This document shows positions 11,072 through 21,453 of a stretch of DNA of 41,602 nucleotides, piece by piece. The translations under genes were made by a program, and so were the position numbers. The stretch's first letter is position 1; each line of letters opens with the position of its first letter. The DNA is from Candidatus Krumholzibacteriia bacterium (GTDB lineage Bacteria; Krumholzibacteriota; Krumholzibacteriia; WVZY01): positions 1 to 41,602 of the forward strand of contig JBHHVD010000016.1 in assembly GCA_046754105.1 (NCBI GenBank). The letters are read 5' to 3'. The notes beneath the pieces are model-generated. The model saw only the letters and a list, made by a program, of their open reading frames with translations. It did not search any database and was not told the DNA's origin.

Positions 11072-12820
11072 TCAGAGTTCTGACAGCGCCCGCTTCAGGC
11101 GCGCGTAGTGCTCGGCCACAGCCACCGCGTCTTCGCTTTCCTCGGGCAATTCCTGCAGCTTCTCACGGAGAACACTCAGTTCGTCGCGGATTTGGAGTTC
11201 TTTCACCCTCCGCACGGTATCTTTGAGAAGTATGCCTGGAATTCCTGGAGGTGGCGAGATGAGGGAGATTTCTGCGGCAAACGCTTCTAATCCCGCCATT
11301 TCTGCATCTTGCTGAAATTTATTGCTGCCTATATCAATATGGTTTTCCCAAGCGGAGTCAAGCAGTTTGTAGAATTCTCGGCAGCTTTCATCCGAAAAAT
11401 CATCGGCATCGAGCCGATCCCTCGCCGCCGCCGTCTCCGGCGTCGTCTCGAGCAGTAGCCGAAGCAACATCTTCTCCCACCGCCGACGCTGGACCCGGTC
11501 GCTCGAGACCTCTTCTCCCTGAACTCGCCCGGCCGTCCGCCTCGCCCGGCCGGTCTTCCTGCGCAGACTCTCCGGCTCGACCCCCAGCACCCGCGCGAGG
11601 TCCTGGGTAATCATCTCGTAACGCAGCCGATCCCTCTCGTCGCCGAGACCGGCCGTCACGCGCTGGACGATCGCCTCCTTTTTGCGAGGCGTCATGGCGG
11701 TACCTTTCATAATATAGTCCAGGTATTGCAAATATTCCATTCCAGCGGCCATTTTTTTTCGAAACTTCGCCTCGCCGAGATTCTGAACCGCCATATCGGG
11801 GTCGGTTCCCTCCTCTAACGCCACAATGTCGACATCCAGGCCGGCCGCTATGAACACCGCGCCCGACACCAGTGCTGCGTCCACGCCCGCCGCATCGGCA
11901 TCGGGGAGGAGTACGACCCGGCGCGTGAGGCGGCGCAGGAGCGCGGCGTGGTCGTGGCTGATGGCCGTGCCGCAGCTGGCGACGACGTTCCGGATGCCTT
12001 TGACGTGCAAGGCGATACAATCCATGTACCCTTCGACCAGGATCGCGCAACGCTCGGCCCGGATCGCTTCCCGTCCCTGCGGCAGCCCGTAGAGAATCTG
12101 GCGTTTGGCGTAGACCGGGCTCTCGATCGAGTTGAGGTACTTCGGGTCCACGGCCGGGTCGAGCGTCCGGCCGCCGAAACCGACCACCCTGGACGCGGGC
12201 GAGAGGATCGGAAACATCAGGCGCTTTCTGAAATAATCGTAGTAACCTGTTGTTTTATCACGAGGTACAATTAGCTTCAATTCCCGGGCAACCTCGACGG
12301 GGATCTGTTTGCGGTGGGCGGTTTGGGCGAAGCCGTCCCACCGCTCGAGTGCCACGCCCAGTTGGAACGTCTCCCATGCGTCTTCCGGCACACCGCGTGA
12401 CTTCAGGTAGTCCCGGGCCGCCCGGCCCGTTTTTGTGTCGACGAGGTTGCGGTGGTACCAGCGGGCCGCGAAGTCGTTGACCCGGTATCGCATTTCGTTC
12501 TGCGAGCGGTGCGGGTCCGGCCGGTCGTCTGTGGGCACCTCGACGCCGTACTCCCGGCCCAGGCGGCGCACCGCCTCCGGGAACGAAACCCCCTCCATTT
12601 CCATCAGGAACGTAAAGACGTTCCCGCCCTGCCCGCACCCGAAACAGTGGAATATCTGGCGGTCGGGGTTGGCGTTGAAGCTGGGGGTCTTTTCCTCGTG
12701 AAATGGACACAGGCCCTTGAAATTGGATCCGCTGCGGCGCAGGTCGATGAAACGAGAGATGACCTCCACGATGTCCGCTCGTTCGCGGATTTCGTTTATC
12801 GTCTGTTCTGGAATCTGCAC
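11072..12820 (-). CDS. dnaG: DNA primase
   Basis: [17 protein letters not shown] zinc finger, GFGGR, KYLNS, LVEGYMD, and TOPRIM DADAAG. Confidence 0.97.
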   Translation of the reverse strand: MQIPEQTINEIRERADIVEVISRFIDLRRSGSNFKGLCPFHEEKTPSFNANPDRQIFHCFGCGQGGNVFTFLMEMEGVSFPEAVRRLGREYGVEVPTDDRPDPHRSQNEMRYRVNDFAARWYHRNLVDTKTGRAARDYLKSRGVPEDAWETFQLGVALERWDGFAQTAHRKQIPVEVARELKLIVPRDKTTGYYDYFRKRLMFPILSPASRVVGFGGRTLDPAVDPKYLNSIESPVYAKRQILYGLPQGREAIRAERCAILVEGYMDCIALHVKGIRNVVASCGTAISHDHAALLRRLTRRVVLLPDADAAGVDAALVSGAVFIAAGLDVDIVALEEGTDPDMAVQNLGEAKFRKKMAAGMEYLQYLDYIMKGTAMTPRKKEAIVQRVTAGLGDERDRLRYEMITQDLARVLGVEPESLRRKTGRARRTAGRVQGEEVSSDRVQRRRWEKMLLRLLLETTPETAAARDRLDADDFSDESCREFYKLLDSAWENHIDIGSNKFQQDAEMAGLEAFAAEISLISPPPGIPGILLKDTVRRVKELQIRDELSVLREKLQELPEESEDAVAVAEHYARLKRALSEL

Positions 12821-12831
12821 CGTTCGGCCCT

Positions 12832-15177
12832 CTAACCCAGCGTGGCGATCGTGACCCCGGCGCCGCCTTCGGTGGGCGCACCCGGGCGGCTCGCCTTGAC
12901 CCTGGAGTCCTTCTTCAGCTGGGAACGGATCGCCGTCCTCAGGACGCCACCACCGATCCCGTGGATGATCGTGATCTCACGCACCCCGTTCAACACGGCC
13001 CCGTCGATGAAGCGGTCGACCAGCGACAGCGCGTCTCCGCGGTCCTGGCCACGCACATCGATCACGGTGCCCGCAAGCGGCTCGACATCGACTTCGATAC
13101 CGGGTGGCTCTTCACCCGCCGGCTCTCCGCACCGGTACAGGTTGCCGGTGCGCGTGTTGATGGTCTTGCCGTTGATCTCCACCGCCACCCGGTCCCCCAC
13201 AACGGACAGCACGGGTCCGTTGGGGGAACCCGTGGGACTCAACGACACGAGGTCGCCGGGTTCGATCCGCTCGGCGTGCGGTCGCGGCGGCTCGTCACCC
13301 TGGAGCTCCTCCGCCATACGGCCCATTCGCCGGCGGCCGTCCCGCACGGCCTGCCGGGCCGCGCCGGTCTCGCGGATCTGCTTTACGATGGACTCTATTT
13401 CCTTCCGCGCCCCGAGGAGGACATCGGCCGCTTCCCTCCGTATGTTCTCACGTTGTTCGCCTTCGTACACCTTCATTTCACGCACTTTTTCATCGTAGGA
13501 TTCGACCAGCGCGTTGAGCCGCCGGGATTGGTCGGCAAGCGAGCGGCGATCGCGCTCTGCGGCGAGCCGCGTGCCCTCGAGCTCGCTGAGGAGCTGTTCC
13601 AGGCGGAACGCCTCCTCGCCAACCATCTCCCGCGCGCGCTCGATGACGGGCCCAAAGAAGTCGAGCCTGCGCGCGGTCTCGATACCTCGACTTCTACCCG
13701 CGGTACCCTGCAAGAGCCGGTACAGCGGGCGATCGTTCTCGTCGTCGAACAACATCGAGGCGTTCTCGACCCCGTCACTACCGAGCGCAAAGGCCTTCAC
13801 CCGCCCGTAATGCGTCGTCGCAATCACCGTCGCACCCGTCGATTGCAGCCGCTCGAGGGAGGCGATCGCCAGCGCGGCTCCCTCGTCCGGGTCGGTGCCG
13901 TCACCGATTTCGTCGATCAGGCACAAGGTACGATCGTCGGCGTCCCGGCACATGGCATCGAGGTGCCGCAGGTGCGACGTAAACGTACTTAATGACGAGG
14001 CGATCGATTGCTCGTCGCCGATGTCCGCGAATACCTTGTCGAACAGGGCAAACTCGGAGCCCTCCGCGCACGGCACGGGTAGCCCGCTTTGATAAACCAG
14101 CACGAGGAGCCCCACCGTCTTGAGTGCTACGGTCTTGCCGCCGGCGTTCGGGCCGGTGATCACCAGCACCGCGCGCTCGCGGTCGAGGCGCAGGTTCAAC
14201 GGCACGACCTTCCGCGTCGCGCCCGCGGCGCGGAGTGAGATCTCCAGGAGCGGGTGCCTCGCATCCACCACCCGTAGTGAGCCGTCGTTCGACGCCGCCG
14301 GAGCGACGCACTTGAACTCGGTGGCGAAGGCCGCCTTGGCGTTCAGGGCGTCCAGCCGTTCTACGACGGCGGCGTTAGAGGTTAGCGTATCGCTCACCGC
14401 CTCCACAAGAGCGGTCAATTCACCCACGATGCGCGCTTCCTCCCGGGCTTCGTCGATGAGCGTGGTCTCGAGAGCGTTGTTCTTTTCGACCAGCGACAAC
14501 GGCTCGAAATAGAGCGATCCGCCGGAGTGCGACCTGGAATGAACGATGCCCTCCCGGCGCCGGCACTTCTCGCGCGGCACGACGAGCATGTAACGGCTGC
14601 CGTTGAACGTAGCGCAATCCGGCGACCCCACAGACTTCGCCAGCCGGTCTGCGAAGGTCCGAATCTCGTCTCGGGCCCTGCGCAGCCCGGCGCGCAACCG
14701 TTTCAGCGCGCGACTCGCCCCGTCTCGTACGCGTCCGTCCGATTCGAGGGCATTCTCCACGGCCGCCACCAGGTCGTCGTGCGGGCGCAGCCGGGAGGCG
14801 ATCTCATGGAGCGCCGCGTAGCGGTCCCCTTCCTTTGCGATACTGCGCCGCAACTCCGCGGTGGCTCGTTCGAAAGCGGCAACCTCGATCAGGCCCTCGG
14901 GGGATATCACATCGCGCTCTTCGGCTCCGAACCAGCGCCTGGCCGAGGTATCCGGGATCGGGAGTGTGCCGTAAAGCTGCTGGTATTCTCTCGTCTGTGC
15001 GATTTCGCGCAGGCTGTCCGAGATTGCCGCTTCCTCGTTGGTCGGGTGCAGCGCTCGCAGCAATTCCCTCGCCCCTTCGTTGCGGCAGCGCTCGCAGATG
15101 CTCTCCACGACCGCGCCGAACTCCAGAGTGCCTGCCGCATGGGCAAAGGGGCTCGTCTTTTGGAGAGGCCGGTTCAT
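12832..15177 (-). CDS. mutS2: endonuclease MutS2
   Basis: ITGPNAGGKT, DIGDEQSI..SLSTFTSH, IDEIGDGTDPDEG, TTHY, and a C-terminal Smr domain (IIHGIGGGVLR). Confidence 0.95.
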   Translation of the reverse strand: MNRPLQKTSPFAHAAGTLEFGAVVESICERCRNEGARELLRALHPTNEEAAISDSLREIAQTREYQQLYGTLPIPDTSARRWFGAEERDVISPEGLIEVAAFERATAELRRSIAKEGDRYAALHEIASRLRPHDDLVAAVENALESDGRVRDGASRALKRLRAGLRRARDEIRTFADRLAKSVGSPDCATFNGSRYMLVVPREKCRRREGIVHSRSHSGGSLYFEPLSLVEKNNALETTLIDEAREEARIVGELTALVEAVSDTLTSNAAVVERLDALNAKAAFATEFKCVAPAASNDGSLRVVDARHPLLEISLRAAGATRKVVPLNLRLDRERAVLVITGPNAGGKTVALKTVGLLVLVYQSGLPVPCAEGSEFALFDKVFADIGDEQSIASSLSTFTSHLRHLDAMCRDADDRTLCLIDEIGDGTDPDEGAALAIASLERLQSTGATVIATTHYGRVKAFALGSDGVENASMLFDDENDRPLYRLLQGTAGRSRGIETARRLDFFGPVIERAREMVGEEAFRLEQLLSELEGTRLAAERDRRSLADQSRRLNALVESYDEKVREMKVYEGEQRENIRREAADVLLGARKEIESIVKQIRETGAARQAVRDGRRRMGRMAEELQGDEPPRPHAERIEPGDLVSLSPTGSPNGPVLSVVGDRVAVEINGKTINTRTGNLYRCGEPAGEEPPGIEVDVEPLAGTVIDVRGQDRGDALSLVDRFIDGAVLNGVREITIIHGIGGGVLRTAIRSQLKKDSRVKASRPGAPTEGGAGVTIATLG

Positions 15178-15193
15178 GAGCCGGAAGGGGGCA

Positions 15194-15730
15194 CTAGATC
15201 GTATTGCTTCGTTTGAAGATTTCCTCGAAACGTGCGGACCGGGACGTCCGATCGATGACCCAGTTGAACACCTGGCCCGCCACCGGTCGCAGGAAGAGGC
15301 TCAAGGACGCGCGCGCTACGTCGTTGCGAAACGCCCTTGAGATGGGCAGCTCGAGCGTCACCGTGATCATCAGGCTGGCGACGAGCATCGCCATGATGAG
15401 CCCGAGTACGGCTCCCGTGAAACGGTCCACCATGCGCAGGATCGTCATCTTCACGACCCGCCCGACTGCGATGGCGGCAAAATGGGTCGCCACCAGTCCG
15501 GCGATGAGGAGCACGACGAACGAGATCACAAGCGCCACCGAATACGCGACGTCGAAGTGCCGTTCCGCGAAGCGCGCGAGCCCGCCCGCCGCGAGAATGG
15601 CGACGATGATCGCGCCCACCGTACCTGCCAGTTCCACCGCCTGCTCGAGAAACCCCTTGGCGAAACCGATGAAGGTGCCGATAAAGAGCACGCCGAAGAG
15701 AGAGAGGTTTACTATGCCCATTATATCCAT
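15194..15730 (-). CDS. cvpA: CvpA family membrane protein
   Basis: GFAKGF after TM1, four hydrophobic segments, DRFTGAVLG motif, adjacent to mutS2. Start trimmed to MDIMG. Confidence 0.88.
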   Translation of the reverse strand: MDIMGIVNLSLFGVLFIGTFIGFAKGFLEQAVELAGTVGAIIVAILAAGGLARFAERHFDVAYSVALVISFVVLLIAGLVATHFAAIAVGRVVKMTILRMVDRFTGAVLGLIMAMLVASLMITVTLELPISRAFRNDVARASLSLFLRPVAGQVFNWVIDRTSRSARFEEIFKRSNTI

Positions 15731-15802
15731 TTTCGTCCGCCTGGCGCCTGGCCGCCCGACGAGGCTCACCCAGACCGGCGTTTGCAAGCACCGCATCCCG
15801 GT

Positions 15803-16249
15803 TCAATCGCCGTTCAACATCTCCCTGACGCGGGTAGACACCATCGATCCGTCCACGCGGCTCCCCGCTTCCTGCATGACCGCCTTCATCACCGTCCCGA
15901 AAGCTCCCCCACCACGCGCCCCGGTTTCCGAAATCTTAGCCTGGATCAGCGAGGTCAATTCCTCCGCTTCCATCCGCGGCGGGAGATACGCCATCGTAAT
16001 CTCGTACTCGGCTTCCTCCCGGTTCGCAAGATCTTTACGCCCGCCCTCGACGTACTGGTCCATGGACTCCCTGCGCTTCTTCGCGTATGCAAAGAGAACC
16101 TTCTCCTCGTCCTCGGCCGACAGCGCCTCCCGCGCGGCGATTTGCGCGTTTTTCAGCTCGGCCCGCAGCATGCGGATCACTCCGAGCCGGACCTTGTCGC
16201 CGGATTTCATCGCGGCTTTCATGTCCTCGATGAGTTTTTCGGAAATCAC
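15803..16249 (-). CDS. yqeY: GatB/YqeY domain protein
   Basis: DMKAAMKSGDK.RL..IRML, KKRRES..QY..GGR.DLA..E..E...AYLP. GTG start with GAGGAG RBS gives 148 aa. Confidence 0.93.
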   Translation of the reverse strand: MISEKLIEDMKAAMKSGDKVRLGVIRMLRAELKNAQIAAREALSAEDEEKVLFAYAKKRRESMDQYVEGGRKDLANREEAEYEITMAYLPPRMEAEELTSLIQAKISETGARGGGAFGTVMKAVMQEAGSRVDGSMVSTRVREMLNGD

Positions 16250-16359
16250 TGCCGTGTCTCCTCGAAACGATTCAGGAATGGGCCCTGCACCGGCCGTGCA
16301 CGCTGCACGTTGCACCCACCACCAACCGGGTTCCGCCCGCTACCGCCCGGGCCGCTAGT

Positions 16360-16388
16360 ATCGTATGGCAAAAAAGGTGCGCTGTCAA
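16360..16388 (-). promoter_or_regulatory. sigma70-type promoter for yqeY-cvpA-mutS2-dnaG-rpoD
   Basis: TTGACA-N17-TACGAT overlapping the rsmE stop. Confidence 0.7.
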
Positions 16389-17128
16389 ACCGCGCCGCCG
16401 CCGCGGTCAGCGGACGGCGAAAGGAGTGCCGATACGAGAGCCGCCGCCGCGGTCTCGGACCGCAAGCGGTGGTTGGAGACCGAACGAAAGCGGCACCCTC
16501 GGCCCTCGAGTCGCCCCACCTCACCGGCGGTGAAGCCGGTCTCCGGGCCGACGACGAGCAGCAACGAACCTCCCGGAGCTTCCACGGCCAGGGGCGGCGC
16601 GTCGGCTTCACCGGCGATAACGAGCGAGTGCCCGCTCGCCTCCTCGAGAAGCCCCTCGAAGGACACGACGCTTTCGATCGACGGCAGTATGGAGCGAAAG
16701 GACTGTTTCATCGCCGATAGGGCGATTCGCCGCAGCCTCTCGAACGTAACCTCCGAGTACTCTCGGACGTGGGAGCGCGCGGCGATGAACGGCAGGCAGC
16801 GCGTGATCCCCAGTTCCGTGCACTGCTTGACGGCCTGTTCGAACGCTTCCTTCTTGAGACAGGCGAGCGCGAGCGTTACGCGCTCCGGCACGGTCCGGTG
16901 CTCGACCACTCCTTCCACGCCCATCGTGGCACCGGCGTCGTCGATCGATTCGACGGTGGCACGCACCAGCAGCCCCCGGCCGTTGGTGACATACGCGCTG
17001 TCGCCGCTCCTCGTTCGCAATACGCGGTGCAGGTGGTGGTGCTCGTCGCCGGTAATATACAGGCGAGCCGTTGCTTGCTCCAGCTCCGGCGAATAGTGCA
17101 GAAAACGATGGGCCTGTTCACGACGCAT
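16385..17128 (-). CDS. rsmE: 16S rRNA m3U1498 methyltransferase RsmE
   Basis: HHLHRVLR, QCTELG, AMKQS.R..LP, VGPETGF, RLRSETAA. Confidence 0.93.
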   Translation of the reverse strand: MRREQAHRFLHYSPELEQATARLYITGDEHHHLHRVLRTRSGDSAYVTNGRGLLVRATVESIDDAGATMGVEGVVEHRTVPERVTLALACLKKEAFEQAVKQCTELGITRCLPFIAARSHVREYSEVTFERLRRIALSAMKQSFRSILPSIESVVSFEGLLEEASGHSLVIAGEADAPPLAVEAPGGSLLLVVGPETGFTAGEVGRLEGRGCRFRSVSNHRLRSETAAAALVSALLSPSADRGGGAV

Positions 17129-17150
17129 GGGGACGGTGCAGGAAAAGAGG

Positions 17151-18275
17151 TCAGGACCGTCCGGGGGGCGGGACCTTCTTGCCCAGTGTCTTGTCGAGTT
17201 CTTTGAGCAGCTCGGTCTCGGCCTTGCTGAGCTTGTCCGGGACCCAGGCGACGACGCGAACCAGCTGGTCGCCTCTGCCGTAACTGTTCAAGCGGGGAAT
17301 TCCCTTTCCTTTCAGACGGAAGATCTTGTGGGAGGGCGTTGCCTTCGGGACTTTGAGCAGCACGTCGCCGTCGAGCGTCGGTACTCCGACCCTGGTGCCC
17401 AGGGAGAGTTGGGAAATGGTCAGCGGCAGGTCCATCACGATATCGTTGCCGTGCCGCTCGAACAGTCCGTGCGCGGATTCCTCGATGATGACGTAGAGGT
17501 TGCCCGCCGGCCCGCCACGCTCGCCTACGTTGCCGCCGCCGCTGATCGTAATGTAGTTGCCGCTTGCAACGCCTGCGGGGATCTTCACGGAAACGGTCTC
17601 GCTGCCGCGAACGGTCCCGGTACCGTTACACTCGCGGCACGGATCCTGGACCACCCGGCCTGCTCCCTGACAGCGGTAGCAGTCCGAAACGTTGACGAAT
17701 TGGCCGAGCAGGGAGCGCTGCACCTGTTTGATCTGCCCCGCCCCACCGCACACGTCACAAGTCACGGCCTGCGAACCCGGTGCCGCCCCGGCCCCGTCGC
17801 AGGTCTCGCAAGACACCTCTTTGCCGACCCGGATCTGCTTCTCCACGCCACCGGCGACCTCCTCGAGCGTGAGAGTCACCTTGGCCTGCAAGTCGTTACC
17901 GCGCTGGTGCCGTCGGCGGTCGCTCCCCCGGGCCGCACCGCCAAACAGGTCGCCGAGGCCAAAGCCTCCGAAATCGCGCATGAACGCTCGCAGAGCGTCC
18001 GAGAGATCGAAATCCGTTCCATGGCCGAAACCCCCGGCGCCGGCACGGCTGGATACCCCGGCGTGCCCGTACTGGTCGTAGAGCCCGCGCTTCTCCCCGT
18101 CGCGCAGGACTTCGTAGGCCTCGGTTGCTTCCTTGAATTTTTCCTCGGCGGCTCCGTCACCCGGATTGCGGTCCGGGTGGTACTTCAACGCCTGCTGGCG
18201 ATAGGCTTTCTTGATCTGATCCAGGGTCGCGTTGCGATCGATGCCGAGGACGTCGTAGTAGTCACGTTTGGACAT
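17151..18275 (-). CDS. dnaJ: molecular chaperone DnaJ
   Basis: J-domain with HPD (KYHPDRN), G/F region and four CxxCxGxG repeats. Start MSKRDYY at 18275. Confidence 0.98.
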   Translation of the reverse strand: MSKRDYYDVLGIDRNATLDQIKKAYRQQALKYHPDRNPGDGAAEEKFKEATEAYEVLRDGEKRGLYDQYGHAGVSSRAGAGGFGHGTDFDLSDALRAFMRDFGGFGLGDLFGGAARGSDRRRHQRGNDLQAKVTLTLEEVAGGVEKQIRVGKEVSCETCDGAGAAPGSQAVTCDVCGGAGQIKQVQRSLLGQFVNVSDCYRCQGAGRVVQDPCRECNGTGTVRGSETVSVKIPAGVASGNYITISGGGNVGERGGPAGNLYVIIEESAHGLFERHGNDIVMDLPLTISQLSLGTRVGVPTLDGDVLLKVPKATPSHKIFRLKGKGIPRLNSYGRGDQLVRVVAWVPDKLSKAETELLKELDKTLGKKVPPPGRS

Positions 18276-18367
18276 CTGTTCAAACCCCCGCACAAATAGA
18301 GCCCGGTCGGGCTCTAAATTCGAGGGGAATATAACACGAAGGGGGGTCGATGCAAAGCGTTTCGGCC

Positions 18368-20191
18368 CTAGCTGAGCTCGGACGAATCCGGGGCGCTGTA
18401 CATCAGCTCGGCGAACTTGTGCATGATCGCCTGTAGTTTCTCGGTGGCCACACGCAGTTTGTCGACGTCCCGGTCGGCGCTGTTCTTGACCTCGCTGAGT
18501 TCCTTCATGGCGGCCTCGATCTCTTTGAGGTCGTCCTGTGTGAACTTGTCTGCGAAGTCCTTGATCGTCTGCTCCGTGGAATACAGCAGGATCTCCGCTT
18601 CGTTGAGCGTCGTGGAAAACGCCCTCTTGACGGCGTCCTCCGCACCGAATTTTTCCGCGTCCTTGACCATGCGCTCGATCTCACCGGCGGACAGTCCACT
18701 GGCCTGCTTGATCTCGATCTGCTGGCGCTTGCCCGTACCAAGGTCCTTCGCCGATACGTGCACGATGCCGTTGGCGTCGATATCGAAGCTGACCTCGATC
18801 TGCGGAACCCCCCGGGGTGCGGGCGGGATGCCGACCAGATCAAAACGACCCAGCGTGCGGTTGTCCTTGGCCATCTCGCGCTCACCCTGCAACACGTGAA
18901 CGCTCACCGCGGGTTGGTTATCCGTTGCGGTCGAGAAGATCTGACCCCGGATGGTCGGTATGGTCGTGTTGCGTTCGATGAGCGCCGTCATCACGCCACC
19001 CAACGTTTCAATTCCGAGGGAGAGCGGTGTCACGTCCAGCAGCAGCACCTCTTCCACCTCACCGGAGAGCACGCCCCCCTGGATGGCGGCGCCGCGGGCG
19101 ACCACTTCGTCCGGGTTGACGCCCTTGTTCGGGTCCTTCTTGAAGAAACCCTTTACCGCTTCACGAACCGCTGGCATCCGCGTGGATCCCCCCACCAGGA
19201 TGACCGCTTCGATGTCTTTGGTCGTAAGTTTCGAGTCCTGCAGCGCTTTCTTGCACGGCTCGATCGATTTCTTGATGAGGTCCTCGACCAGCTTCTCCAT
19301 TGTGGCTCGGGTCAGTACCGTTTCGAGGTGCTTCGGGCCGGATTCGTCCGCGGCCAGGAACGGCAGGTTGATCGTCGTCTCCAAAGCGGCGGAGAGTTCG
19401 CACTTCGCTTTCTCAGCTGCGTCCTTGACACGCTGCATCGCCATCTTCTCACCGGTAATGTCGGGCCCGCCCTCCTTCTTGAACTCCTCGACGATCCAGT
19501 CCATGATCTTGCGGTCGAAATCATCGCCACCCAGGTGGGTGTCACCGTTCGTCGCCTTCACCTGAAAAACCCCGTCGCTCAGCTCCAGGATGGAGATGTC
19601 AAAAGTGCCTCCACCAAGGTCGTAGATGGCAAGGACGCCTTTGCCTTCCTTGTCCATGCCGTAGGCAAGCGCCGCTGCGGTGGGCTCGTTCAGGATGCGC
19701 AGTACTTCCAGCCCGGCAATCTTGCCCGCGTCCTTGGTCGACTGCCTCTGGGCGTCGTTGAAGTACGCGGGAACGGTGATCACCGCTTTCTTGACTTCCT
19801 CGCCAGCGTAGTCTTCGGCAACCTGTTTGAGGTTCTGGAGAATCATCGCGGCGATTTCCTCGGGGCGGTATTCCTGGTCCTTGATTCTGAGCAGCGTTTC
19901 GTCGGTCTTGCCCTTCACCACTTCGTACGGAACGTGCCCGCGGTCGCCCTCACACTCGCTGAACTTGGAGCCCATGAAGCGCTTGACCGAATAGATCGTT
20001 TGCTCGGGGTTGGTAATCGCCTGGCGCTTGGCGATGTGCCCGACCAAGCGTTCCCCGTTTTTCGAGAATGCCACGACCGAAGGCGTCGTGCGGTTGCCTT
20101 CGGCGTTGGGAATAACGATAGGATCCCCACCCTCAATGATGCTCACGCACGAGTAGGTGGTTCCCAAATCGATTCCGATGACCTTGGACAT
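18368..20191 (-). CDS. dnaK: molecular chaperone DnaK (Hsp70)
   Basis: [50 protein letters not shown]. Start MSKVIG at 20191 with AAGGAG RBS. Confidence 0.98.
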   Translation of the reverse strand: MSKVIGIDLGTTYSCVSIIEGGDPIVIPNAEGNRTTPSVVAFSKNGERLVGHIAKRQAITNPEQTIYSVKRFMGSKFSECEGDRGHVPYEVVKGKTDETLLRIKDQEYRPEEIAAMILQNLKQVAEDYAGEEVKKAVITVPAYFNDAQRQSTKDAGKIAGLEVLRILNEPTAAALAYGMDKEGKGVLAIYDLGGGTFDISILELSDGVFQVKATNGDTHLGGDDFDRKIMDWIVEEFKKEGGPDITGEKMAMQRVKDAAEKAKCELSAALETTINLPFLAADESGPKHLETVLTRATMEKLVEDLIKKSIEPCKKALQDSKLTTKDIEAVILVGGSTRMPAVREAVKGFFKKDPNKGVNPDEVVARGAAIQGGVLSGEVEEVLLLDVTPLSLGIETLGGVMTALIERNTTIPTIRGQIFSTATDNQPAVSVHVLQGEREMAKDNRTLGRFDLVGIPPAPRGVPQIEVSFDIDANGIVHVSAKDLGTGKRQQIEIKQASGLSAGEIERMVKDAEKFGAEDAVKRAFSTTLNEAEILLYSTEQTIKDFADKFTQDDLKEIEAAMKELSEVKNSADRDVDKLRVATEKLQAIMHKFAELMYSAPDSSELS

Positions 20192-20260
20192 GCGACTCTC
20201 CTTACCAAACGCTTCCTGACGGACGTCTTCGTGCGGATGCAAAATTCAATAAGCCATATG

Positions 20261-21262
20261 TTATTTTGCAATCACAACTTTCGCCGGGCGCAGCACAGTG
20301 TCGCCGATGACGTATCCCTCCTGGATGACTTCCACGACGTGGTTCGACTTCACGTCATCGCTGTCGATACTCGCCACCGCCATGTGGTAGTTCGGGTCGA
20401 AGTACTCGTGAAGTGCTTCCATCTTCGTTACACCGAATTTCACCAGAACGGACATCATATTGTTGTATATCAATCTGATACCTTGCACGAAATCGTCGCT
20501 TCGATTACCGGCCACTGAAAAGGCCCTTTCGAAATCATCGACGACCTCCAGCACCTCGAGGAGCACCTCGCCGGTCGTTTGCTGTCTAAGCAATTCCCAT
20601 TCCTTACGGGTTCTTTTTCGATAATTTTCGAATTCGGCTGCGATGCGAAGTTGCCTGTCCTCTGCGGCTTTGGCCTGCGCTTCGAGTTGCACGTTCTTCT
20701 TACTCAACTGCAGGATTACCTCGTTCTTCTCCAGCAACCGGGCAAGAACTTCCTGGTCGCTCGGCTTGCGGCGCTCCGCCCCCCTGTACTCCTTTTCGGT
20801 ACTGCGGCGCGATTTCTTGCGTGGTTCGCGGATGGCACGTTCCAGTTCAACGAGTGGCTCGTCTTGTGGAGAGTCATCCGCCCCTTCGGCGGGCGGCACC
20901 GGGGCGAGCGTTCCGTCCACGCCGTCGAGCACTCCGGCATCCTCGAAGCCGTCGAGGTCCTCGACAAGCGGTTCCTCGTCGAAATCCATTCCCCCCGCTT
21001 CGCGCGTTTCGCTCGCGCCGTGGGCTTCAGCGTCGGTGCCGGCGGACGGGTCCCCCGGTGTGTCGGTGGGCGGGCCTGCCGCGGTGCCCCCGGACCGGCT
21101 CTTTTTCCGGCTGGAACCCGACCCTCTCCCCTTTGCGTCGGGCATATTTTTGTCGCTGTGCTTGCGCTCGCCACCCTTGGACCGCTTTCGAGCGGCCTGG
21201 AGGTCGATCACGGTCTGCGGTCCGAACGGTTTCTTATCGTCAACCACTTGTATCTCCTTCAC
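20261..21262 (-). CDS. grpE: nucleotide exchange factor GrpE with long N-terminal extension
   Basis: AEFENYRKR, VVDDFERA, FDPNYHMAV, GY.IGD.VLRPAKVV in the C-terminal half; lies between hrcA and dnaK. Confidence 0.94.
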   Translation of the reverse strand: MKEIQVVDDKKPFGPQTVIDLQAARKRSKGGERKHSDKNMPDAKGRGSGSSRKKSRSGGTAAGPPTDTPGDPSAGTDAEAHGASETREAGGMDFDEEPLVEDLDGFEDAGVLDGVDGTLAPVPPAEGADDSPQDEPLVELERAIREPRKKSRRSTEKEYRGAERRKPSDQEVLARLLEKNEVILQLSKKNVQLEAQAKAAEDRQLRIAAEFENYRKRTRKEWELLRQQTTGEVLLEVLEVVDDFERAFSVAGNRSDDFVQGIRLIYNNMMSVLVKFGVTKMEALHEYFDPNYHMAVASIDSDDVKSNHVVEVIQEGYVIGDTVLRPAKVVIAK

Positions 21263-21306
21263 TTATCGCGTGCCGGGGCCGGCGCGGCCACCCGCTACCG
21301 GACTCA

Positions 21307-21322
21307 AGCACAAGCTGTGCCG
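21307..21322 (-). promoter_or_regulatory. candidate sigma54 (-24/-12) promoter upstream of grpE
   Basis: Minus strand CGGCACAGCTTGTGCT is GG-N10-GC with GGCAC and TGC. Confidence 0.55.
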
Positions 21323-21453
21323 TTTTCACGGCCCAACGCCATGCGCCACGCCGCGCGGACCGCGGCCGGTAGCCCCTTCTCGGTCGTAATCAAGAAACCG
21401 TCGCAATTCGCCCACGGGGGCCGCGGGTGACTCCTCGGGCCGGGCGCCGGGGA

